From IMG/VR virus record IMGVR_UViG_3300017971_000185, positions 186,001 to 250,000 of that record: a stretch of 64,000 nt of DNA. One strand, given 5' to 3'. The notes beneath the pieces were generated by a model. The model was not told where the DNA came from. It did no database searches and saw only the letters and a list, made by a program, of their open reading frames with translations. This document shows positions 46,982-55,943 of this stretch, piece by piece. Each line of letters opens with the position of its first letter. The stretch's first letter is position 1. The position numbers and the translations under genes were made by a program.

Positions 46982-47923
46982 ATGACTGAGATTTACATGA
47001 TGGCTGGCGTGCCGGGTTCGGGCAAGAGCACGGAAGTCAAGAAGTTGCCGCCGCACGTTTACCTGAGCCGGGACAAGGAAGGCGGCAAGGTTTTGAGCTT
47101 GCTTCCGAAAATGCATAAGGCGATTGCGGACGGGGCCGAGATCATCGTGCTCGACTGTACTTTCCTTTTGCCTGAGCACCGTGAGCCCTTTCTTCAAGCC
47201 GCGGAAAAGGCTCAGGTGCCGGTTCATCTCAAGTTTCTCGATGTCAGTAAGGAACAGGCTCAATTCAACTTGTGCTGGCGCATGTGCGAGCGCTACGGGC
47301 ACGTGCTGCGGTCCGAAGAGATGGACGAGTACAAGCACGATCCAAACATGTTCCCGCCGACTGTTCTGTTCGGATGGTTCAAGAAAATGGTGCGGCCTCA
47401 GTATGCTGAGGGTTTCGATTCGGTCGAGGTCATCAAGATCGGGCGCTGGCCTTTGCCTTCTGAATTCAAGAACAAGGCGTTCATCGTGGATTACGACGGG
47501 ACGGTACGGGAGACCAAGAGCGGAGAGATCTACCCGACTGATCCCTCCGACGTGCGAGCACTCCCACAGGCGGCTGAGAAACTCCAGAAGATAGCCAAGG
47601 AAGGAAGGCTGTTGCTTGGAGCGAGCAATCAGTCTGGTGTCGCCAAGGGTCTTCTGACCATGGAGACGGCCAGGGCATGTTTCGAGGAGGCCAATCGCCA
47701 GCTTGGCGTAGACATCGAGTATGCCTTCGACTACAGTCGGTCTGGGCCGATCACTTCCTGGCACCGAAAGCCCATGCCGGGAATCGGGGTAGACTTCATC
47801 TGGAAGCATCGGCTGGACCCGAGCCAGTGTGTTTTTGTGGGCGACATGACTTCGGACGAGACCTTCGCCCAGCGATGCGGTTTCCAGTTTGAGTGGGCAA
47901 AGGATTTCTTCGGACATGAATGA
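46982..47923 (+). CDS. Bifunctional polynucleotide 5'-kinase / 3'-phosphatase (P-loop kinase + HAD IIIA)
   Basis: MAGVPGSGKST (Walker A), VLDCT, and HAD motifs VDYDGT, SNQSGV, RKPMPG, FVGD..SD..FA. Confidence 0.88.
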   Translation: MTEIYMMAGVPGSGKSTEVKKLPPHVYLSRDKEGGKVLSLLPKMHKAIADGAEIIVLDCTFLLPEHREPFLQAAEKAQVPVHLKFLDVSKEQAQFNLCWRMCERYGHVLRSEEMDEYKHDPNMFPPTVLFGWFKKMVRPQYAEGFDSVEVIKIGRWPLPSEFKNKAFIVDYDGTVRETKSGEIYPTDPSDVRALPQAAEKLQKIAKEGRLLLGASNQSGVAKGLLTMETARACFEEANRQLGVDIEYAFDYSRSGPITSWHRKPMPGIGVDFIWKHRLDPSQCVFVGDMTSDETFAQRCGFQFEWAKDFFGHE

Positions 47924-48209
47924 ACCTGCGAAACGAAAATCTGCGTGGCCACCGCTCAACTTGACAGGTGGTGACTCTCTAGACGGAGATCTGCTCAAGC
48001 GGCTGGAGATGAAGCGAGAAGCTCAGATCGAAATGTGGCGGCGGAATACGACATACGGATCGTTCGCTGTGTGGCCGTGGTGGGCTGTGGGCTGGTGCGT
48101 GGGGTTCGTGGTGACGATGGTTCGTGGGTTGTGGTGGAACCTTGCGAACGGCTACAAGCGTTGGACAACACACTGGACAGACGAATGGCAGCATCCCGAT
48201 GATCACTGA
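47916..48209 (+). CDS. Small Trp-rich membrane protein
   Basis: Hydrophobic segment AVWPWWAVGWCVGFVVTMV. Confidence 0.5.
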   Translation: MNEPAKRKSAWPPLNLTGGDSLDGDLLKRLEMKREAQIEMWRRNTTYGSFAVWPWWAVGWCVGFVVTMVRGLWWNLANGYKRWTTHWTDEWQHPDDH

Positions 48210-48375
48210 ATCTGAGATTAGGAAGAACGCAGAGAGGGCGTGTCCTTACGCGCGAGGATACGTTGGGTATGGGCCTTGGATCGGTGGCTACACCCACGCA
48301 GCGGAAGAGTATGAGAAGAAGCTCGAAAAGTTGCGTGAAGTGATAAGGATCTTTGAAAGGCGCGGTTTCCGATGA
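48199..48375 (+). CDS. Small hypothetical protein
   Basis: Coupled ORF. Confidence 0.45.
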   Translation: MITESEIRKNAERACPYARGYVGYGPWIGGYTHAAEEYEKKLEKLREVIRIFERRGFR

Positions 48376-48848
48376 CACAGGATGACATGATGGAGATTCG
48401 CGCTGAGGTTCCGGCGGACGACTACGTGTTGATCACCAAGTCGGAGCTAGGCAAGCTCGTAGAGATGCTGCGCAAGTATGACGAGACCGTGCCTGGCTTG
48501 TGGGATGCCTTTCAGGCGCTCGACATCCGAGCCCGCAGCGTCAAGTACCGCAACCCCAAGATTCACGATCTTGTGTCTCAACTCACTGACCCGCAGAAGC
48601 GTGCGCTGCTGTTCATGGCCGAGGGCGATCCTGACGTTCTCTACGATGAGAACAGTCGCCTTCTCGGCATGCCGGGGCTTAGTCGGCGCACGTTGAATGT
48701 CTTGGCGAAGCACGGGTTAGTGGTGTCAACGAAGGTCGAGCGTGAGGTGATGAAGGGGCCGTTCAAGTACAAAGACGGATACCACACGTCGTTCACCATC
48801 ACCGATCTTGGTCGGGAAGTCGCGGACATCGTGGTTCCTCATGAGTAA
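48372..48848 (+). CDS. Protein with C-terminal winged-helix-like domain
   Basis: LTDPQKRAL...TLNVLAKHGLV...FTITDLGREVA. Confidence 0.62.
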   Translation: MTQDDMMEIRAEVPADDYVLITKSELGKLVEMLRKYDETVPGLWDAFQALDIRARSVKYRNPKIHDLVSQLTDPQKRALLFMAEGDPDVLYDENSRLLGMPGLSRRTLNVLAKHGLVVSTKVEREVMKGPFKYKDGYHTSFTITDLGREVADIVVPHE

Positions 48849-49254
48849 CAAACTCCGAATCAGAAATCCGAAAGGCGAGGATCTCATCGTCATCGACTTG
48901 CACACCGGGAAAGTCCATAGCGACATGCCCGATCGCTTAATCTATCCGAAGGTGGCTGAGACTTGGTGGGAAGCCGTGAGGACGGCTTACACAGCGGCCA
49001 ACAAGGAGTCGGGCAAGAGCTTCAAAGACCTGATTTTGCAAGGAGTCGGTGTGGGTGGAGAGGATGACGGGGATATCATCTTTCAGCCAGGACAAGGAAA
49101 CAAGGGAGGAAAGGGGGGCGATGTCATGGTTTCAAACAAGACGGGTATCGAGGGAGACGAACCTTGCCCTGAGTGTCATGGCGATCCTCGCGGTGTCTTG
49201 ATGCTGGACAAGTACCACCCGTGCAAGACTTGCGGTGGCTCTCGGAAAGAGTAG
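48841..49254 (+). CDS. Hypothetical protein with C-terminal CxxC..CxxC finger
   Basis: CPECHG ... CKTCGG. Confidence 0.55.
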   Translation: MSNKLRIRNPKGEDLIVIDLHTGKVHSDMPDRLIYPKVAETWWEAVRTAYTAANKESGKSFKDLILQGVGVGGEDDGDIIFQPGQGNKGGKGGDVMVSNKTGIEGDEPCPECHGDPRGVLMLDKYHPCKTCGGSRKE

Positions 49255-49257
49255 GTC

Positions 49258-49470
49258 ATGCAGATCGCTATATTAGTCGAGAGGCTCGCGCAGAGCCTCT
49301 ATCCCTCTCAGAAACGTGAGCTACTAGCCGAAGCGACCAAGACAGAATGGCGGAGACCGGGGCCGGAGTTGCGCGACTTGGAGATTCATGGCCTGACTGT
49401 TCGACGCGGGGCCTACTGGCGTCTCACTCCTTTTGGTTTCGCTTTCGCTGCCTATCTCCAGAGAGAGTAG
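49258..49470 (+). CDS. Small winged-helix-like protein
   Basis: LEIHGL...WRLTPFGFAFAAYL. Confidence 0.55.
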   Translation: MQIAILVERLAQSLYPSQKRELLAEATKTEWRRPGPELRDLEIHGLTVRRGAYWRLTPFGFAFAAYLQRE

Positions 49471-49474
49471 ACTC

Positions 49475-49750
49475 ATGCCTCTCATAGCTCTTGACCGTGA
49501 CCCGCAGCATGCGCCATGCTGTTACCTCATCTGTCGAGTCACGAATCCCGATGCGGGTGAGGGAAACTACGATTGGTCCACGCGAGATCCAGACAACACT
49601 GTGCTCGTGCAGACGGATCTCGACTACCCTGGGGTCGCCAGATCGTTCGGATGGGACGGCGACGATGACGACATCAATGGAGCAACGGACTACCTGGAGC
49701 GCTGTGTAGCGCACGGTACGGTAGTTGAAGATCCGGGGTACTTCGGATGA
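49475..49750 (+). CDS. Small acidic phage protein
   Basis: LVQTDLDYPGVARSFGW...VEDPGYF. Confidence 0.6.
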   Translation: MPLIALDRDPQHAPCCYLICRVTNPDAGEGNYDWSTRDPDNTVLVQTDLDYPGVARSFGWDGDDDDINGATDYLERCVAHGTVVEDPGYFG

Positions 49751-50058
49751 TCGTTGTGAAGCTGGAGTTGTGGCCTGGTGGTGACCGCAGCCGGGCCACG
49801 GAGATCGGGCGGACGTACGTCTGGAGAGAACATCTCCATAGCCCCGGCAAGGCTGACTACGAAGTCCGGGTTTGCCGGCGAGGCCATTACGAGGTCGCGT
49901 CGAGAGCGTTTCTCGATAGCAAAGGATTCACGCGCACGGGGCGAGTCGAGAATTGGCCGCGGTTGAGCTACAACGTGTGGCGTCTGATTTGCCGCTGTCT
50001 CAAAGCTGCGTTTCCCGAGGAGAACAAGAAAAGCAATGGCTGTTCTACTTCCCGGTAA
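49747..50058 (+). CDS. Conserved phage hypothetical protein
   Basis: MIVVKLELWPGG...G.V.NWPRLSYNVWRLI.R.L. Confidence 0.65.
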   Translation: MIVVKLELWPGGDRSRATEIGRTYVWREHLHSPGKADYEVRVCRRGHYEVASRAFLDSKGFTRTGRVENWPRLSYNVWRLICRCLKAAFPEENKKSNGCSTSR

Positions 50059-50788
50059 GTTGCTCTACCTAGCTGTCCCTCGCACGGCGTCCGTATCTAC
50101 CGAGACTGCGTTGCTCGCTTTCGAGGGCGCCATCCGTTTGGAAAAGCACATCACCTATGGGCAGGTGAAGGCTGATCCGTCGATCCCGTTCCAAGGCACG
50201 GAAGTGGTCTTCACGACCATTCGCAATCCCTATGACATACTGACGACAGACTTCTACTACGAGGAGGATCGCTACCCGCACTTCCTTACGTTCGTTCGCG
50301 AGTACGAACACTGGCCGTTCGTGGTCCAGGGTAAACTGTTCTGGTTGCTCGATGAGGTCGATGAAGCGTGGAATGCGATCGGGGTAGACTTCGAGGACTT
50401 CTATCAAGGAGAAGGACCTTTCTTCGTGGTTCTACAGTATGAGAACCTGTCGGAAGAATTAGACGCGCTGTTGAGAACCGTAGGGTTACCCACGGTCAAC
50501 CTGCCACGAAAGAACATCTCCAAAGACAAGAAGCCGTGGCGAACCTACTACACGCCGGAGGCAATCGAGGCTGTCAATGAACGTTTCGGGGAGGAGATCA
50601 AGAAGTGGGGGTACGATCTACTCGACCCGGTGCGTAAATCCCGCGGCGACCTGAAACGCTACGTCGTGCCCGTCACACTGGAGATTGATGCGGAATCTCC
50701 CGAGCACGCTCAGGAAGTCTTGGAGGCTCTCCAGCATGTTGGGGTAAGCATTACTGACTGGAGTGAGCCCGAAGAGACGAGACGATGA
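50036..50788 (+). CDS. Sulfotransferase-family protein (Sulfotransfer_2-like)
   Basis: LYLAVPRTASVS (5'-PSB-like), TTIRNPYD (3'-PB-like), YENL.EE...L, W..YYT.E....V..RF. Confidence 0.72.
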   Translation: MAVLLPGKLLYLAVPRTASVSTETALLAFEGAIRLEKHITYGQVKADPSIPFQGTEVVFTTIRNPYDILTTDFYYEEDRYPHFLTFVREYEHWPFVVQGKLFWLLDEVDEAWNAIGVDFEDFYQGEGPFFVVLQYENLSEELDALLRTVGLPTVNLPRKNISKDKKPWRTYYTPEAIEAVNERFGEEIKKWGYDLLDPVRKSRGDLKRYVVPVTLEIDAESPEHAQEVLEALQHVGVSITDWSEPEETRR

Positions 50789-51084
50789 GCGAGCTACGGA
50801 CGATTCTGGAGCGCATTGGCGGGATGGTGAGGAAGTCCGATCTCAGAGGATGGGAAGACCCGGCGACGGATGCGATCCATCTCTCATGGTACGTCGAGCG
50901 TCTCGTGTCGCAGGTTCATGTCTTGAATCAGATGCGTCCCGAGCCCAAGGATTTGTGCCCTGCGTGTGCGGGGGAGACGTGGGGGCGACCTTCTGGGCCG
51001 GACGGGTCTGCGCTGGACTGGACAAGGCGTAAGTGTCGCGAGTGCGGTGAGCTTAGACCCGAGCCAAAGGATCAGAAGGCGTGA
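50785..51084 (+). CDS. Hypothetical protein with zinc finger
   Basis: CPAC ... CRECG. Confidence 0.55.
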   Translation: MSELRTILERIGGMVRKSDLRGWEDPATDAIHLSWYVERLVSQVHVLNQMRPEPKDLCPACAGETWGRPSGPDGSALDWTRRKCRECGELRPEPKDQKA

Positions 51085-51575
51085 CGGTAACCAAGGAAGA
51101 AGTCGAGGGGATCGTAGCCCACCACATGGCGACGGCTGTGGCCCAGATCGGCAAAGATCTTGAGGCCAAGTACGCGACCAAAGACGAAGTCGTCCAGAGA
51201 ATCAAGGAGTTTGCTCAGGGCATCGGAGAGATGGCGACTGGCTGGGGCAAGAAATTCTGCGAAGATTTGAAGGAGGGGAAGGATCTTCCAGATGACCATC
51301 CGCTCCGTTTGGTGGTGCAGATTGTGGATGACATTTTGACGCTTCAGCTTCAGGTGATGGAGTTGGGGTTGCTCATGATCCTGAGCAACGAGAAGGGGAT
51401 GGTCGGCCGGGACATCAACAAGACCATGCGTCTGGTCCAGATGACGCAAAAGCTCATGGAGCGTCAGCGTGAGCGGGTTTTCGGTGAGATGGAAAAGCAC
51501 ATGGCACGGAATCCCGAGTCGCCGTTCGTACCCATTCTGCAAGAGATTCGTGAGCTAACCGAGCCGGGAGGCTGA
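51081..51575 (+). CDS. Helical hypothetical protein
   Basis: GTGA coupling. Confidence 0.6.
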   Translation: MTVTKEEVEGIVAHHMATAVAQIGKDLEAKYATKDEVVQRIKEFAQGIGEMATGWGKKFCEDLKEGKDLPDDHPLRLVVQIVDDILTLQLQVMELGLLMILSNEKGMVGRDINKTMRLVQMTQKLMERQRERVFGEMEKHMARNPESPFVPILQEIRELTEPGG

Positions 51576-51577
51576 AG

Positions 51578-51901
51578 ATGACGCTGAGGGGATACTTCAA
51601 AACTGAGGAAGAAGCGCAAGAGGCTGCTCGGAAGTACCCAGAGAAGGACTACGACGTGGAGATCGTAGAGCGTGTCGTGCTTTCGTACCAAGGCTGTCGC
51701 AAGACGCGCTGGATGCTCTACGCGACTAGAATCCTGCACTGCTCATGTGGCAGGGACGTAGCTCTTTACGGCGCTACCAACATGTGCCGGTGCGGTGCTG
51801 ACTACAACTGGACAGGCCAGCGTCTCGTGCCTCGTTCGCTCTGGGGCGAGGAGACAGGCGAGCATTGGGCCGACACCATGTTGCCACCCGAAGACTGGTA
51901 G
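51578..51901 (+). CDS. Zinc-finger protein with YFKTEEEA module
   Basis: CSCG ... CRCGADYN.SGQ-like motif. Confidence 0.62.
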   Translation: MTLRGYFKTEEEAQEAARKYPEKDYDVEIVERVVLSYQGCRKTRWMLYATRILHCSCGRDVALYGATNMCRCGADYNWTGQRLVPRSLWGEETGEHWADTMLPPEDW

Positions 51902-51911
51902 GAGAAGATCG

Positions 51912-52502
51912 ATGACTTCACACGTTCGTGTCTACAGTGATGGTCGCTTGTGCGTCCCAGCCCCGGTGCTCAAGGAAGCAGCGCAGGCGGCCGGGAAGAA
52001 AAAGCTGCCCCGCAGCATTTGGGTCGGAGCCTTGGACGGAGAGATCTTTCTAACCTGGGATCGCTCGCACTTGGGCTCGTACTTCAAAACCGAGGAAGAA
52101 GCGGAAGAGGCTGCTCGGAAATACTTGCTGAAGGAGTATGATCTCAGTGTTCGGCAGCGGGTTCTGTTCGGTTCGTATCCCAAAGGCAGGACGTTTCCAG
52201 TCCAGGTCACGAGTAGTGGAAACATAGTGATCCGGGGGGCGAACACACGCGATGCCGTTCTTCGCGACCGTAGTCCGTCTACGGAAGGAAGCACGAAGGG
52301 GATGGCGCTAACGCTGAGAGCGATGAAAGCCAAAGATCGCAAGTCCAAGAAGAAGAGTCTGAAGCAGACGTGGACGGACATGGATCACAAGGTACGGCTC
52401 CAGGTGGCCGCGATGTTGCGCAAGGAATACCCCGAGGCCACGGTGGCCGAGATCGCTAGGAGTTTACCTGACTTGACAGTGGCGGAGTTGGTGGGGCAGT
52501 AA
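51912..52502 (+). CDS. Possible AbrB/MraZ-like DNA-binding protein with an inserted YFKTEEEA module
   Basis: RVYSDGRLCVPA.V swapped-hairpin-like start; GGAG RBS. Confidence 0.45.
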   Translation: MTSHVRVYSDGRLCVPAPVLKEAAQAAGKKKLPRSIWVGALDGEIFLTWDRSHLGSYFKTEEEAEEAARKYLLKEYDLSVRQRVLFGSYPKGRTFPVQVTSSGNIVIRGANTRDAVLRDRSPSTEGSTKGMALTLRAMKAKDRKSKKKSLKQTWTDMDHKVRLQVAAMLRKEYPEATVAEIARSLPDLTVAELVGQ

Positions 52503-52521
52503 CGAAGAGAAGGAGCAAGAA

Positions 52522-52785
52522 ATGAGCAAGAAAGTGTTTTGTGGTGGCCTTCCGTGGGCAACCGATGATTCTGGTCTGGCAACGGCGATGTCCGAGTTTG
52601 GGGTCGTCGTAGAAGCGAAGGTGATCACGGACCGGGAGACAGGAAGATCACGAGGTTTCGGCTTCGTGACCTTTGCCAGCGAGGAAGAGGCAGAGGAGGC
52701 TCTCCAGGTTGGCACCCTTCAGATAGATGGCCGGGCGATCCGCATTGACGAGCCCAACGAACGGCCACGCGGAAAGCGTAAATAG
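52522..52785 (+). CDS. RRM (RNP-1) RNA-binding protein
   Basis: RNP-2 KVFCGGL and RNP-1 RGFGFVTF; VITDRETGRS; GR.IRIDE; AAGGAG RBS. Confidence 0.95.
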   Translation: MSKKVFCGGLPWATDDSGLATAMSEFGVVVEAKVITDRETGRSRGFGFVTFASEEEAEEALQVGTLQIDGRAIRIDEPNERPRGKRK

Positions 52786-52795
52786 TCTGGCCTAG

Positions 52796-53170
52796 GTGAT
52801 GGGCGAGTACACGGACAAGCTACAAAAGCGCAAGAAGGGCCCAAAGCCCTTCGGCCAGGGCACGGCCGCGATGAAAGTCGCGGTGCTGGACTCCAACATG
52901 GAAACGACCGTGGATCAGTTTGTCACGGCATATGCAGGGGCCGATGCGTTGCACGACATGTGCGATTGGCTGAAGGAAGCTCCGCCCAATGAGAAGTGGT
53001 TGTGCGAGGCCCCAAACCAAGTCCACAACCTGATTGTCTACCTCGATCCCAACGATCTGATTGTCTTGGCTCGCGAGACTCCAAAGGGTAAGTGGCTTCC
53101 GCTTTCTCATCCTTGCGCATCGTTCTATCCCGATGCTTCCTTGAAGGTACTGGAAGACATGATTCCCTAG
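52796..53170 (+). CDS. Hypothetical protein
   Basis: Lies between the RRM gene and infA. Confidence 0.6.
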   Translation: MMGEYTDKLQKRKKGPKPFGQGTAAMKVAVLDSNMETTVDQFVTAYAGADALHDMCDWLKEAPPNEKWLCEAPNQVHNLIVYLDPNDLIVLARETPKGKWLPLSHPCASFYPDASLKVLEDMIP

Positions 53171-53180
53171 GTGTGTTCGG

Positions 53181-53399
53181 ATGTCCAAAGAAGACCAGAT
53201 CGAGTTTGATGGGAAGATCACGGAGGTTCTCCCTGCGGGGTTGTTCCGGGTGAAAGTCAGCGATGACCATGAGGTACTTGCCCATCTGAGCGGCAAGATG
53301 CGGAAGTTTCGGATTCGTGTAGTGTTGGGCGACGCTGTGACGGTCGCCGTTTCTCCCTACGATCCGAAGCGAGGGCGTATCACGTTTCGAGCACGATGA
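53181..53399 (+). CDS. infA: Translation initiation factor IF-1
   Basis: MSKED.IEFDG.I.EVLP..FRV.....HEVLAHLSGKMR..RIRV..GD.V.V.VSPYD..RGRI.FR. Confidence 0.96.
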   Translation: MSKEDQIEFDGKITEVLPAGLFRVKVSDDHEVLAHLSGKMRKFRIRVVLGDAVTVAVSPYDPKRGRITFRAR

Positions 53400-53761
53400 T
53401 GACGACAGCCAAACAGAATCGTCTCCAGCTTCACTTCCCCAAGGGAACGTCGAGCGAGAACGCGAAGAAGATGCTGAAAGCCATCGACGCGCTCGCGGAA
53501 GCCACGGGGCAGCCTCCAGCCGAGATTCTGGATCTGCGTATGCACTTCGACAAGCCAGGTCCAGATGGGGTGATGATCAGCGATGAGGGCTACGCGCTCC
53601 ATTTCGTCAAGAACATCCCGACAAACGATGAAGATGGTTGGTACGTGTACAAGGACGGGGAGTGCATTCACGAAGGTCCTATTGACAATCCACACATAGC
53701 TGAGCGTCGTGCGGCAGAGCACTTTCTCGGTTGGGAAGCTGACAAGAAAGACATCTCATGA
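53396..53761 (+). CDS. Hypothetical protein
   Basis: ATGA coupling. Confidence 0.6.
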   Translation: MMTTAKQNRLQLHFPKGTSSENAKKMLKAIDALAEATGQPPAEILDLRMHFDKPGPDGVMISDEGYALHFVKNIPTNDEDGWYVYKDGECIHEGPIDNPHIAERRAAEHFLGWEADKKDIS

Positions 53762-54135
53762 GAAGACCGAGCACAGCCGTACTAGAGGACTGGGCGCAGC
53801 AAGGCGGCCGTCTTCCGCAGATCTGCAACGAATGTCTCCGGTTGCGCAAGATCCTTCGCGATCTTCACGAGGAAGCATCCACCACAGAAGATGCTGGAGA
53901 CTTCATTTTGGGGATTCTCGAAACCTTCCCTGGAGAGATTGAGTCCTGGGGTGAGGAGGCTTTCGAGTCCGAACATGCACGAGTGACCCGTGAGGAAGCT
54001 GAGCTAAAGGCGGAGGAGCGCGCCGAGTTGGCCCGACTCATCAGCAAGTACCTGCCTGCGGAAGTGGTGAGGTTGCTCAAGAAGTATGTGTCGTTGGATG
54101 AGGAAGCTGAAGATAATGGCGACGAGAATCAGTGA
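53758..54135 (+). CDS. Hypothetical protein
   Basis: ATGA coupling. Confidence 0.55.
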   Translation: MRRPSTAVLEDWAQQGGRLPQICNECLRLRKILRDLHEEASTTEDAGDFILGILETFPGEIESWGEEAFESEHARVTREEAELKAEERAELARLISKYLPAEVVRLLKKYVSLDEEAEDNGDENQ

Positions 54136-55258
54136 AGACACCGAAGTGAACATGGAGCGAGAGGGTTCTACTCGTCTCGCGTTCGCCAACATCGAGGAGC
54201 GCGAGGTTGCGTGGCGTATCATCGAGACGTGGTACGGCATGGTCAAGACTCTGCGCGAGATGGGCGAACACTTGGTGGAGAACGGTGAGGCGCTCAAAGA
54301 GTACGGAGGCTTCGATTGGCTGGAAGGCCGAGCCCGCATCCATGCAGGCATGGAGATCACGAGCCTTGCGGAGATCGTCGTGATGGAAGCTCAGTCGGAC
54401 GAGCGCGGGATGGCTGCGGACACCGCTAGCCGGCTACTGGAGAAATTCAAGAAGATTGACAAAGCCATCGAGACCGAAGATCCCGAGCTATTCAAGGAGT
54501 GGCGGGAGGAGTTTCCGCCCCGAGATCCAGTGAAGGTGAGGTCTGAGGCTGAGGCTCGTCTCGTCAAATTGCGGGAGAACCTAGACTACCTAGAGCGGCA
54601 GCCGTGTGTGAAGAAGAACGTCGAGGAGTGGTACGACCTAGTCCGCAACATTCGCCAGTGCGAGCGCACGATCTCTGTCCAGGTCAGTGCCGAAGAATAC
54701 GAGAAACACGCCGAGAAGCCGGACCCCGTTGCCGAGGAGGAGATCAATCTCAAGGTCCGGGTTTTGGCGCATGAAGGCAACCTCGTGATGGTTCCCCTTG
54801 CGCCAGAGGAAGGCATCGATGACGATTGGTGGCCGACTGGAGGAGACAAGATGGGCTGTGTCGTGGGGGACACGCGGCGGCGACTTGGTGTCTCGAAAGA
54901 GGCTATCGGTCTCATGCGTGGCATCAAGCGCAACCGTGATGCCATTGGTGACATTGGTTGGTGGCGATGCCACGACGGCACATACGCGTTTAGCTGGTGG
55001 GGGCCTATTTTCCGCATCATTCATCCGAACGATGCGGAAGGCAGTCGAGACTTCGCGACACATCCAGATCAGTACGTCGAGATCCCGAATGACGTACCGC
55101 CCGAGGTCATCGAAGGCTGTAGGAAGGCAGCCGCAGGCGAGATGCTGCTTAGTGGAAAAGCGGCGGAAACTATGTGGAAAATGCCATTCAAGATCGAGCC
55201 CAATCCCTATGAGGATGAGAGCAGCAAAGAAAGCTCTGATGTGTACCCGGAAGGGTAG
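54116..55258 (+). CDS. Hypothetical protein (about 380 aa)
   Basis: Helical N-terminal half; Trp/Gly-rich C-terminal domain (IGDIGWW...FSWWG). Confidence 0.62.
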   Translation: MATRISEDTEVNMEREGSTRLAFANIEEREVAWRIIETWYGMVKTLREMGEHLVENGEALKEYGGFDWLEGRARIHAGMEITSLAEIVVMEAQSDERGMAADTASRLLEKFKKIDKAIETEDPELFKEWREEFPPRDPVKVRSEAEARLVKLRENLDYLERQPCVKKNVEEWYDLVRNIRQCERTISVQVSAEEYEKHAEKPDPVAEEEINLKVRVLAHEGNLVMVPLAPEEGIDDDWWPTGGDKMGCVVGDTRRRLGVSKEAIGLMRGIKRNRDAIGDIGWWRCHDGTYAFSWWGPIFRIIHPNDAEGSRDFATHPDQYVEIPNDVPPEVIEGCRKAAAGEMLLSGKAAETMWKMPFKIEPNPYEDESSKESSDVYPEG

Positions 55259-55260
55259 CC

Positions 55261-55431
55261 ATGGAAGACCACAAAGGCGATGTGTACGATCTTGGGCGCA
55301 AACGCGAACGTGCGGACGTATTGGCGTGGCTACGGAGCGAAAGCGTATTTTCTGACGCGGCCGAGTTTCTCGCGGACAGGATCGCGGAAGGCTGTCATGA
55401 GGGGGCGGCTGCTCGTTTTGAAAAGGACTGA
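55261..55431 (+). CDS. 56-aa hypothetical protein
   Basis: Read by eye. TGATG coupling to the next gene. Confidence 0.5.
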   Translation: MEDHKGDVYDLGRKRERADVLAWLRSESVFSDAAEFLADRIAEGCHEGAAARFEKD

Positions 55432-55751
55432 TGGCGGTCATCCTTCCAGGCAAGTTTCTCTATCTGGCGAACCCGCGGACGGCATCCACGTCCACGCGCA
55501 TCGCTCTTGGCAAGCTGCCAGAAGCCAAGATGCTCTGGCCACAGCATCAACTGCTGCATGAGTGCCATCTGTACGATGGTGAGCAGCCGGTCACTGCTGT
55601 TCGCAATCCCTACGATGTCCTTGCAACGTGGTTCCAGCTTCAAGTGAAGTATGAGGATTTCGTGGAGTTTCTCGCCAAGTTTCAGCACAAGCAGTTTCTC
55701 CTTGGCGATCCACCTGACTTGTTCTGGCAGTGTGGTGAGGGGTTTGGGTAG
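55431..55751 (+). pseudogene. Truncated paralog of the 50036-50788 sulfotransferase-like gene
   Basis: MAVILPGKFLYLANPRTASTST...TAVRNPYDVL matches the paralog but stops at 106 aa. Confidence 0.6.
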
Positions 55752-55775
55752 CCGCAGTGGAGGCACTGGTAGACT

Positions 55776-55919
55776 GTGGGCTGGTGCTGTCACCAGTGCG
55801 GTGAAGAGAAGCATCCTCAAGTCGATTGTCCTCAGTGCGGGGAGCTAGACCGCTCCTGCCTCCACTGTGGCCATCTCTACATCAAGTGGGTCAACTACGA
55901 AGAGTGGCGAGCCAAGTAA
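55776..55919 (+). CDS. 47-aa zinc-finger protein
   Basis: Read by eye: three CxxC motifs (CHQC, CPQC, CLHC). GGAGG upstream. Confidence 0.5.
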   Translation: MGWCCHQCGEEKHPQVDCPQCGELDRSCLHCGHLYIKWVNYEEWRAK

Positions 55920-55943
55920 CGCTCAGCTACCGTACTCCGAAAT

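Noticed and set aside
51593-52143. Near-identical repeat pair as a diversity-generating retroelement TR/VR
   Set aside because: The mismatches (T/C, C/G, G/A) are not adenine-specific, and there is no reverse transcriptase in the window.
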